This document shows positions 9,387-18,316 of a DNA stretch of 64,000 nucleotides, one piece after another; position 1 is the stretch's first letter; each line of letters begins with the position of its first letter. The notes beneath the pieces are model-generated. The model did not search any database, was not told the origin of the DNA, and worked only from the letters and a program-made list of their open reading frames with translations. Source of the DNA: Acidobacteriota bacterium (GTDB taxonomy: Bacteria > Acidobacteriota > UBA6911); assembly GCA_963664705.1 (NCBI GenBank), contig OY761556.1, forward strand, positions 5,184,001 through 5,248,000, in the 5' to 3' direction. Made by a program: the position numbers and the translations under genes.

Positions 9387-11129
9387 CCGGCTTGACCGAT
9401 CAATGGCGTTGGTTAGTTTTTGGATTTGAACCGCGAAGACCTCGAAGACCGCAAAGCAAGATTTTTGGGCTTATTTTGCTGCCGGTGGCAGATGGAGTCC
9501 AGCGTATGCTCCCGCGAGAATGATACGCGCAAAGCCTACAAATATATTTTCTTCGCGGTCTTCGCGGTCTTTGCGGTCTTTGCGGTCTTTGCGGTCTTCG
9601 CGGTTATCGAAAGCTCTTTCATCGTGTCTGCACGATCCAGCGGTATCCATTCCTGCAACTTGGCCGGCTTGACCGATCAATGGCATTGGTTAGTTTTTGG
9701 ATTTGAATCGCGAAGACCGCAAAGCAAGATTTTTGGGCTTATTTTGCTGCCAGTGGCAGATGGAGTCCAGCGTATGCTCCCGCGAGAATGATACGCGCAA
9801 AGCCTACAAACATATTTTCTTCGCGGTCTTTGCGGTCTTCGCGGTTATCGAAAGCTCTTTCATCGTGTCTGCACGATCCAGCGGTATCCATTCCTGCAAC
9901 TTGGCCGGCTTGACCGATCAATGGCGTTGGTTAGTTTTTGGATTTGAACCGCGAAGACCTCGAAGACCGCAAAGCAAGATTTTTGGGCTCATTGTGCTGC
10001 CGGTGGCAGATGGGGTCCAGCGTATGCTCCGGCGAGAATGATACGCGCAAAGCCTACAAATATATTTTCTTCGCGGTCTTTGCGGTCTTTGCGGTTATCG
10101 GAAGCTCTTTCATCGTGTCTGCACGATCCAGCGGTATCCATTCCTGCAACTTGGCCGGCTTGACCGATCAATGGCGTTGGTTAGTTTTTGGATTTGAATC
10201 GCGAAGACCTCGAAGACCGCAAAGCAAGATTTTTGGGCTCATTGTGCTGCCGGTGGCAGATGGAGTCCAGCGTATGCTCCCGCGAGAATGATACGCGCAA
10301 AGCCTACAAATATATTTTCTTCGCGGTCTTTGCGGTCTTCGCGGTTATCGAAAGCTCTTTCATCGTGTCTGCACGATCCAGCGGTATCCATTCCTGCAAC
10401 TTGGCCGGCTTGACCGATCAATGGCGTTGGTTAGTTTTTGGATTTGAATCGCGAAGACCTCGAAGACCGCAAAGCAAGATTTTTGGGCTTATTTTGCTGC
10501 CAGTGGCAGATGGAGTCCAGCGTATGCTCCCGCGAGAATGATACGCGCAAAGCCTACAAACATATTTTCTTCGCGGTCTTTGCGGTCTTCGCGGTTATCG
10601 AAAGCTCTTTCATCGTGTCTGCACGATCCAGCGGTATCCATTCCTGCAACTTGGCCGGCTTGACCGATCAATGGCGTTGGTTAGTTTTTGGATTTGAATC
10701 GCGAAGACCTCGAAGACCGCAAAGCAAGATTTTTGGGCTTATTTTGCTGCCGGTGGCAGATGGAGTCCAGCGTATGCTCCCGCGAGAATGATACGCGCAA
10801 AGCCTACAAATATATTTTCTTCGCGGTCTTTGCGGTCTTCGCGGTTATCGAAAGCTCTTTCATCGTGTCTACTCGATCCAGCGGTATCCATTCCTGCAAC
10901 TTGGCCGGCTTGACCGATCAATGGCGTTGGTTAGTTTTTGGATTTGAATCGCGAAGACCTCGAAGACCGCAACGTAAGTTTTTTGGGCTCATTTTGCTGC
11001 CGGTGGCAGATGGAGTCCAGCGTATGCTCCGGCGAGAATGATACGCGCAAAGCCTACAAACATATTTTCTTCGCGGTCTTTGCGGTCTTCGCGGTTATCG
11101 GAAGCTCTTTCATCGTGTCTGCACGATCC
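9387..11129. repeat. Tandem array of 7 ~250-bp units, each a GxxExxY-derived miniature element with 9-mer-built inverted repeats
   Basis: Unit starts 9387, 9664, 9905, 10155, 10405, 10655, 10905 (277, 241, 250, 250, 250, 250 and 225 bp partial). Each has ccgcgaagacctcgaagaccgcaaag-type left arm and (ctt[c/t]gcggt)n right arm; homologous to 53440-53740. Confidence 0.97.
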
Positions 11130-11159
11130 CACTGAAACTGGGCATAGCCCCACTGGAAT

Positions 11160-13331
11160 TTAGCCGGCAAGTGTGACGCGGTCTCTCCCTGCGGCTTTGC
11201 TTCGATACAGCGCCTTATCCGCGGCATCAATCAATGCGCTGGCGGTCCGGCCATGATCCGGAAACACGGCGACTCCCATGGAGGCCGTGATCTTCCCCAA
11301 TGGATTTCCGCGGAAATGGACATCGAGTCTCTGGATGGACTCCTTGAAGAATTCCGCTCGCTGCCGGGTTACAGCTCCGGTGCCCTCAGGCAGGATTAGC
11401 GTGAACTCCTCGCCACCATACCGGCAGGCAATATCCTCGCCGCGTATATTGCTCCGCAAAAGCGTTCCAAGTTCCTTCAGCAGCAGATCACCGGCTTCGT
11501 GCCCGAAGGTATCGTTGAAATACTTGAAATGGTCAAGATCGATCATGATCATACCCAGCGGGCGCTGGTTGCGCGTGGCGCGGCGGATCTCGAGTTCCAG
11601 CGACTCCTCCATAAACCTGCGGTTGAAGAGACCGGTCAGCGGATCGCGGATGGACTGGCTTCTCAGCGTTTCATGCAATCTTAAATTCGACAAAGCCATG
11701 GCAATGTGCTCGGACATCGTGACGGCAAGCCTCTGCTTGCTTTCCGTCATCTTGACGTTGTCGGGCTGCATGAGGTGCAGCACACCAAGGGCCTCGCTTT
11801 GAGCCATCATGGGAATGCACATATAGCCGTCGGCGGGAGGCTTATGAATATGCCGACAGACCATGCCGGCGTGAAAATTTTCGACCCAGTGCGTCCGGCC
11901 CCTGCGCAACGCCCAGCATTCCTGCGGTGTAAACGAACGTTCCACCAGCGCCGAATCGCCCCAGATCGCGGCGGCTTCGACTGAATTGCGCGAAGAAGCT
12001 ATCACGTACAGCGCTCCCACTTTCACCGGGAAAATCTGCTGCGCCACACGAACGATTACGTGGTAAGCCTCTTCGGTTGTCATGCAGGCACGAAGAATGT
12101 CTCCCATTTCATTCAGGAGAGTCATTTCGCGCGTGCGCTGCTCGAGCTCACCGACCCAGGCTTCCAGCTTCTGGTTGGCTTCCTGAAGTGCGGCCTCGGT
12201 CTTCTTGCGCTTGGTAATATCCCGCGCGATCCCTTGAACGGCAACGGCTTTTCCACCGCGGAAGATCGGGCGCGTACTGATTCCCAAGGTGATGCGGCTG
12301 CCATCTTTGGCTATGAACTCCAGCTCGTAGTTGAGCGGGACTTCTCCCCCGATCTGAGGGTCCATCATCTTCTGGCCGAGATGCAGATACTCCGGCGCCA
12401 TGGTATCGGTTATGCGCATCTGCAGCGCTTCTGCTCTCGTATACCCGGTGATTCTCTCCACGGCGCGGTTTATCGATAAAACCCTTCCCTCGAAATCGTG
12501 CGTGAAGATGATGTCGCTGGCGTTCTCAAACAGCTCACGATACTGTCCGTCGCTATCCACCGCTCTCGGGGCGGCGTTCTGCATAACCTGCGGCTCGGCT
12601 TCCCGGTGCTTACGGAATACATGCTCGAGCCGCGGCTCACTCCTGGCCAACGCCTCCAAGTGAAGGCGCACGTAAGGGTGATCTTCAGCGGAAATTTCGG
12701 GGTGCGCTTCCACCCAGAGGTGCGAAGCCTTGATGGTGGCAAGAAATGCCGTCAGATAGCTGTATTGATCCGATCCCAGGAGCTCCCGGAGCTCGGCGGC
12801 ACAACGTTCAAATCCATTATGCCCCAGGAAGACCACCGTGCAGCAGGTGATCAAATTGGCTTCAAATGCTTCGTCGTCAGGCCAGGTTCCCAGCGGGTGC
12901 GGAATCTTTGCCAGCAACTCCCGCGCATTCTCCACACGATGGTTGGAAAATGCGGGGACTTCCAGTAATTGCCTTATTGCCGCAGCCGGAATTCCCATCT
13001 GGTGCATTGTGCAGGCGTGCGTGATGATGAAATAGGGAGAGGCGCAATACCGGGACAGCCGGATAGCCAGCTTTTCCTTGAACAGCGGCGGCAACGGATT
13101 GTCATGGTACGCGGAGACCTGCTGCCGCCAGAGAGCCTCCAACAATGCGGGCGATCCCAATGCGGGAAAGAAAAACGGCGGAAGAACACCCAACCGCTCC
13201 GTTATCTCGCGTTTGAGCTTCTCCACTGTTTGTTCCTGGCCAGGGACCAGATCAGACTCGAGACGCTTCAGGTTCTCAAGCTTCTCCCAAAGCGATTCGA
13301 GTTCTTTGCCTGTTTGATCCACCCATTCCAT
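11160..13331 (-). CDS. Diguanylate cyclase: AhpD/CMD-like - PAS - GAF - GGDEF (intact GGEEF)
   Basis: PAS YRELFENASDIIF, RDPLTGLFNRR, DLDHFK, I-site RGED, RYGGEEF. Start ATG 13331 or TTG 13352. Confidence 0.93.
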   Translation of the reverse strand: MEWVDQTGKELESLWEKLENLKRLESDLVPGQEQTVEKLKREITERLGVLPPFFFPALGSPALLEALWRQQVSAYHDNPLPPLFKEKLAIRLSRYCASPYFIITHACTMHQMGIPAAAIRQLLEVPAFSNHRVENARELLAKIPHPLGTWPDDEAFEANLITCCTVVFLGHNGFERCAAELRELLGSDQYSYLTAFLATIKASHLWVEAHPEISAEDHPYVRLHLEALARSEPRLEHVFRKHREAEPQVMQNAAPRAVDSDGQYRELFENASDIIFTHDFEGRVLSINRAVERITGYTRAEALQMRITDTMAPEYLHLGQKMMDPQIGGEVPLNYELEFIAKDGSRITLGISTRPIFRGGKAVAVQGIARDITKRKKTEAALQEANQKLEAWVGELEQRTREMTLLNEMGDILRACMTTEEAYHVIVRVAQQIFPVKVGALYVIASSRNSVEAAAIWGDSALVERSFTPQECWALRRGRTHWVENFHAGMVCRHIHKPPADGYMCIPMMAQSEALGVLHLMQPDNVKMTESKQRLAVTMSEHIAMALSNLRLHETLRSQSIRDPLTGLFNRRFMEESLELEIRRATRNQRPLGMIMIDLDHFKYFNDTFGHEAGDLLLKELGTLLRSNIRGEDIACRYGGEEFTLILPEGTGAVTRQRAEFFKESIQRLDVHFRGNPLGKITASMGVAVFPDHGRTASALIDAADKALYRSKAAGRDRVTLAG

Positions 13332-13677
13332 ATTCGACTGGTTCCGTCGCAATAAGATTGCTGCTGAATGCGCACACTAAGGTCCTGCATGGCAGCACAA
13401 CGCGAGTAAGGGGTGCGGGGCAAGGGGAACGCGAAGTAGCCGAAATCTCATTCTGACCAAAATCCAAGAAAACGCAAGGAGAAAAAGCATCGCCTGCAGC
13501 CTAAATTCAGGATGAAAAAGCAGCCCACAATGTACCGGAATGGAATGGTTCAATAGCACCAACTATTTTGATACATTTGCCCTAATGTTTATACATTGAG
13601 TGATTCATCCGGGGACCGTATCACGTCATTGGAATTTGCAAAAAGGGTTCTGATCTGGGGGGTGTGAGAAGGGCGGA

Positions 13678-15954
13678 TTAGCTTGCAACTACGATGCAAT
13701 TGCCCCCGCTGCTTTTGGCGCGGTTCAGTGCCGATTCCGCTGAACGCAGAAGACTCTGAACTGTCTGCCCATGCCCGGGAAAAACAGCAAGGCCTACGGA
13801 AGCGGAAATATGACCGACCTGGGTGCTCTGATATTTGACTTCAAGCGTATGAGCCAGGTTGCAGAGATTGTCCGCGCGTTGATGTCCAACCTCATAGGTG
13901 CTTTGAGGGAGCAAGATCACGAATGTCTGGTTGCTGTACCGGCAGGCGATATCCCCTTTCCGCACATTTGACTGCAGAAGCATGCCGGTCCGGCGCAGCA
14001 TGGAGTCTCCGATATCCAGCCCGTACTGGTCATTAATATACTGGAAGTTATCGAGCTCCAGCATGATCACGCTGAGGGCGAACTGACTGCGCGCTGCCCG
14101 GCGCAGTTCGAGTTCCAGTGATTCCTCCATGAAACTGCGGTTGAAGAGTCCCGTAAGCTGATCGCGGATGGACTGGTTCCGCAGCTTTTCGTGCAGACGG
14201 AGATTTGAAAGCGCCATTGCGACGTGCTCCGCCATTGCCACGGCAAGCCGTTGCTTGGCTTCCGGCATCTGCTCGCCTTCCTGCATGGAGAGATGCAGAA
14301 CTCCCACGGCTTCGCTCTGTGCCATCATGGGAACGCACAGATATCCACTCGGCAGGGGCGGATGCAGATGTTTGCACAGAAGGCCGATTCGCGTGTCTTC
14401 CACCCAATGGATCCGGCCTCTGCGCAACGCCCAGCATTCATCGGGCGTAAAGGTAAGCTCCATTCCGGTGATATCGCCCCAGTCTGCAACGACCTCGACG
14501 ATATTCCGTGTCGGACCGATGACGAAGAGCGCTCCACCCTGCTGGGGAAAGATCTCCTTTGCTACTCTGACAATCACCTCGAAGACTTCTTCCGAGGTGA
14601 AGCAGGCGCGAAGAATGTCCCCCATCTCGCTGAGCAGTGTCATCTCTCTAGTGCGCTGCTCGAGTTCCTGGACCCAGGCTTCGAGTTTTTTGTTTGCCTG
14701 CTGCAAAGCTTCTTCGGTTTTTTTCCGCTCGGTAATATCGCGGGCGATGCCCTGGATCCCGACTGGCTTCCCTTCCCTGAAGATCAGCCGGTTGCTGACT
14801 TCGAGAATGGCGCGGGTATTGTCCTTGGTGACAATTTCGAGCTCCTGGGTTATGGGCGCCTCGTCGGCAATTTGCCGATCGACCATTCTGCGCGCCGCCT
14901 GCTGGAATTCCGGAGCTACGAACTGAATGAAGCGCATCTGAAGGGCTTCTGCCCTGGAATACCCAATGATCCGCTCCGCAGCTTTATTGATAGAAGTGAT
15001 CCGGCCGGACAGATCGTGGGTGTAGACCATGTCATAAGCGTTTTCAAACAGCTCCCGGTACCGCTCCTCGCTGAGCCGCTTGGCTTCTTCGGCCAGCTTG
15101 CGCTCGGTCACATCGCGAATGATGGCCAACCCGCCGATCACGTCCCGCGTCTGCGGATCGTACATGGGGCCATAATAGCCTTCAAAAAAGATCTGTCTGT
15201 TCGTCCCTGGGATCTGGTACCGCTTGTCCACCGAGATGACCTTGTTTCCGGCGAGAGCGGCGGCAAAATTCGTATCCTCGCCGAGGTCTTTCAGAAAGGG
15301 ACATGCTTTGAATGCCGGCCTGCCCAGCGTATCGCCTGCGCCGACTCCGAAGATTCTCTCCATCGCCGGATTCCAGACGGTAAAGAAATACTCGCGGTCA
15401 AACGCGAGAATCCCGTCCAGGCTGCTGTTGATCAGCCCTTCCAACTGCTGCTTGTCATGCTGGAAGGTCACTTCATCCCATTTCCGGGCACCAATATCTT
15501 CAAACATCACCAGGCAACATTTGGCCGGATCGTCAGGGTTGCTGGAAACGGTAACCTGTACCCAGAAGGCTTCGCCCTTCCTGGTTCGCAACTGCTCTTC
15601 CAACCGGGTACTGGAAACGACGCCATCGAATACCTGGCGCAGCGCCCGGGCGAATTCCTCCGCTTCCAAGGCAAGATCGATGACGCTGATGGACTTCATT
15701 TCCGACGGAGTGTAGCCCAACATGACGCACAGCGATCGGTTCGCCCTCAGAATCCTGAATTGGGAGTCAATCAACGCCACTCCCATCGGGCCATTCTCCA
15801 GCATGGAAGGGGGGATCTGAATTTCCTCCTCTTCTGCGGGCGAGGACGGCTCGGACGGAGGATGGCTTTGAATCAATACCTGGAGATGCGCAATTTCATC
15901 GCGCAGCGATTCCAGTTCCTCCGCCAGATCCTTTTTTGGGGGCTTCTCTTCCAT
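13678..15954 (-). CDS. PAS3-GAF-degenerate GGDEF protein
   Basis: Three PAS-like segments, GAF, RDQLTGLFNR; active-site position reads RYSNQTF; RKGD I-site kept. Confidence 0.9.
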   Translation of the reverse strand: MEEKPPKKDLAEELESLRDEIAHLQVLIQSHPPSEPSSPAEEEEIQIPPSMLENGPMGVALIDSQFRILRANRSLCVMLGYTPSEMKSISVIDLALEAEEFARALRQVFDGVVSSTRLEEQLRTRKGEAFWVQVTVSSNPDDPAKCCLVMFEDIGARKWDEVTFQHDKQQLEGLINSSLDGILAFDREYFFTVWNPAMERIFGVGAGDTLGRPAFKACPFLKDLGEDTNFAAALAGNKVISVDKRYQIPGTNRQIFFEGYYGPMYDPQTRDVIGGLAIIRDVTERKLAEEAKRLSEERYRELFENAYDMVYTHDLSGRITSINKAAERIIGYSRAEALQMRFIQFVAPEFQQAARRMVDRQIADEAPITQELEIVTKDNTRAILEVSNRLIFREGKPVGIQGIARDITERKKTEEALQQANKKLEAWVQELEQRTREMTLLSEMGDILRACFTSEEVFEVIVRVAKEIFPQQGGALFVIGPTRNIVEVVADWGDITGMELTFTPDECWALRRGRIHWVEDTRIGLLCKHLHPPLPSGYLCVPMMAQSEAVGVLHLSMQEGEQMPEAKQRLAVAMAEHVAMALSNLRLHEKLRNQSIRDQLTGLFNRSFMEESLELELRRAARSQFALSVIMLELDNFQYINDQYGLDIGDSMLRRTGMLLQSNVRKGDIACRYSNQTFVILLPQSTYEVGHQRADNLCNLAHTLEVKYQSTQVGHISASVGLAVFPGHGQTVQSLLRSAESALNRAKSSGGNCIVVAS

Positions 15955-16393
15955 ATTCTTAGCACTAGAGCGACAGACTGATCCCGGAGTCGCCCGCTAA
16001 CAGGCATAATGGCAGACACGTCTGCCGGAACAGATCAAAAATATACAGGTCGCTCTCAGGTTATCGTAACGCGCGAGCCAAATCTTTAGTCAAATCCGAC
16101 CGTAAAACATCACAACAAAAAGGTTAACGCAACTTTGCATGACGGCATGGAAGCGCGGTCCTTATGGTTTTGCAAACAATACAATAAAGACTCTTCCATT
16201 ATCTTGCCAATGTTTTCAACGACTTACAGCATTGATTCCTCGATGGGGCCAGGATGGGCAATTGTAGATTCCGTGGACAGGCTTTGCGGCACATGTGATA
16301 TTTTTGTGATTGGCAACAATTTGCAAGTGGATGCGCATCTGAACAGCCATCCTCGAGGATTTGGCTTTTTTACCAGGAACAGGGGAGATCGGA

Positions 16394-17266
16394 ATGAAGT
16401 ACGAAGGATCGATATACAGGCCGCCAAGTGAGGCAAACAGCTTGATCCTGCAGGTAGCAGTCGGCTGCTCCTACAACCGCTGCACGTTCTGTCATTCCTT
16501 TCAACAGAAGGAGTTCAGGGTCAAATCGTTTGAAGAGATAAAGGAAGATATCGATGAGGCCGCCACTTACGGACGGATTCCGCGGGTCTTTCTGGCCGAT
16601 GGAGACGCCCTGGTTATTTCCCAGGACGAGTTGGTCAGAATCCTGAGCTATTTAAAAAAGAAGATCCGTGGACTGGAACGGGTTGGGATATATGCCAATG
16701 CCGTCGACGTCCTGAAGAAGACTCCGGATGAGCTCCGCGAGCTGAAAGGCCTCGGGCTGGGCATTATCTACCTTGGCCTCGAGACGGGAAATGCGGAAGT
16801 GCTCAAGAGAATCAAGAAGAATGCAACGGCGGATCAGATGGTGCGCGCCGGAAAAAGAGTCCGGGAAGCGGGGATCCAGCTCTCGGTCACGGTTCTCCTT
16901 GGAATCGGCGGCGTTGAACTGAGCCAGGCCCATGCTGAGGACACCGGAAAAGTTCTTACCCAGATGGATCCCGAATTTGTCGGAGCGTTATCACTCATCG
17001 TGGTTCCGGGAACCCCAATGGCAGACGATCTTCAGTCCGGTAGATTGGTCCTTCCAACGCCTTTCGAGCTAATCCGCGAATTGGGAACCATGATTGCCAA
17101 CTGCAATTTTACCAACTGCTTTTTCGCATCGAATCACGCGTCCAATTACCTTCCAATGCGGATTCGTATGCCCGAGGAAAAGGAAAGCGCGCTGGAGCTG
17201 ATCCGGGAGGTGCTGCAGCGAAATGACCCGGACCTGCTGCGTCCGGAATACATGCGCGCACTGTAA
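16394..17266 (+). CDS. Radical SAM protein (YRPPSEA family)
   Basis: MKYEGSIYRPPSEA, CxxxCxxC (CSYNRCTFC), SNHASNYL; SD GGGGAG. Confidence 0.92.
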   Translation: MKYEGSIYRPPSEANSLILQVAVGCSYNRCTFCHSFQQKEFRVKSFEEIKEDIDEAATYGRIPRVFLADGDALVISQDELVRILSYLKKKIRGLERVGIYANAVDVLKKTPDELRELKGLGLGIIYLGLETGNAEVLKRIKKNATADQMVRAGKRVREAGIQLSVTVLLGIGGVELSQAHAEDTGKVLTQMDPEFVGALSLIVVPGTPMADDLQSGRLVLPTPFELIRELGTMIANCNFTNCFFASNHASNYLPMRIRMPEEKESALELIREVLQRNDPDLLRPEYMRAL

Positions 17267-17323
17267 GGCAATCGTCGACAGCCCTTGCCGGTCATCGGGA
17301 ATCGGATGGTTCGCCGATGTCCG

Positions 17324-17698
17324 TCATCCCTCCATTGCTACCGGTTTCAAGGGCACATCCCAGTGAGCCTCCACAATCTCGAAGCGTCGCTGTTCTTCGC
17401 GCTTAAACGTTTCCTGATCCGGGTACAGCTTCTTAACGATGGCAGCGGTGCCGCTGCCGTCTCCAAAAGCCTGCCAGTTCTTAAATACCAGGATCGTCAT
17501 GAATGTCCAGTCACTTCGCCCGTCCCCGTGAAAGCGGGGCTCAAAGGCGTGGATGTTGAGGAGTCGGCCCGATTTGATCTGTTCCGCCAGGACCGGGTAG
17601 TGGTTTTTCCGGAAGAGCTCGATGAACTCCTCCTGGCAGCCCCACTTAATTTTATAATAATACTCGACGGTAACCGGCGCCTCGATTGGTGTGGCCAT
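17324..17698 (-). CDS. Hypothetical protein, probable dimeric alpha/beta-barrel (NIPSNAP-like)
   Basis: VEYYYKIKWGCQEEFIELFRKNHYP...HWDVP; SD GGAGG before ATG 17698. Confidence 0.7.
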   Translation of the reverse strand: MATPIEAPVTVEYYYKIKWGCQEEFIELFRKNHYPVLAEQIKSGRLLNIHAFEPRFHGDGRSDWTFMTILVFKNWQAFGDGSGTAAIVKKLYPDQETFKREEQRRFEIVEAHWDVPLKPVAMEG

Positions 17699-17847
17699 TT
17701 TCAGAATCCCTCCAGATGTAATCAAACAATAGTGTACCCCAATTTGTCGATTTGAATTCACCATTCGATACACCTTGTCGGAATGGTATACTCCATCGGG
17801 AAAAGAGTTCCCCACGTTCGGTGCAATTGATTTTTCAGGGAGCAGGT

Positions 17848-18273
17848 ATGCCTGCGAAAATGAAGTTTATTCTTGGCGGAGTCGTGATTATCGCGGCGCT
17901 CGCATGGCTGGGTTTCGTCGGTTTTCAGGAAAGCAAAGCCTATTACATTACGGTGGATGAGTTCGCCGCGATGAAGGGTGACACGGGCGGAAAGACATTT
18001 AAGCTCGCCGGCGATGTGGTGGCAGGATCTGTGGATAGAAGCAAGCCGCAGATGGAATTTGTCATCAGCAGCCACGACAATCAGATCAAGGTCCGTTACA
18101 TCGGGTCGTCTATCGTCCCCGATACCTTCAAAGATGGATCGAAAGCCCTTGTGGAAGGCAAGCCGGCACAAGACGGCACCTTCCAGGCAACGCACATCGA
18201 AGCGAAGTGCGCGTCGAAATACGAAGCGGAATACGATAAGAAAACTCAGAATTCAGGAGTCAGCAATCAGTAG
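17848..18273 (+). CDS. ccmE: Cytochrome c maturation heme chaperone CcmE, Cys-type
   Basis: N-terminal TM, YYITVDE, VPDTFKDG, AKCASKY (CxxxY). Confidence 0.92.
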   Translation: MPAKMKFILGGVVIIAALAWLGFVGFQESKAYYITVDEFAAMKGDTGGKTFKLAGDVVAGSVDRSKPQMEFVISSHDNQIKVRYIGSSIVPDTFKDGSKALVEGKPAQDGTFQATHIEAKCASKYEAEYDKKTQNSGVSNQ

Positions 18274-18316
18274 TCGCATGACGATGATCTGACCCATATA
18301 TCGACATCGAGAGACC

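Noticed and set aside
9387-11129. CRISPR array interpretation of the tandem repeat
   Set aside because: Units are near-identical over their full ~250 bp with no unique spacers, and no cas genes are present
9420-11135. Series of 114-123-aa ORFs (MDLNRED...AVFAVF...) and antisense 60-aa ORFs
   Set aside because: They overlap each other, shift frame with each 250-bp unit, start at TTG without an SD, and their AVF/DRK runs just translate the 9-mers; only the DGVQRML remnant is meaningful
9300-11200. Long target duplication around the tandem array
   Set aside because: Sequences before 9387 and after 11129 show no direct repeat, so the 81-bp duplication is seen at only one locus
14224-15981. Long antisense ORFs (585 aa here; also 3889-5016, 25910-27100, 31384-32490, 48332-49534)
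   Set aside because: Shadows of well-supported genes on the opposite strand in GC-rich DNA, with no recognisable motifs
16311-16325. Possible sigma54 promoter TGGCAACAATTTGCA
   Set aside because: GG-to-GC spacing is 9, not the required 10
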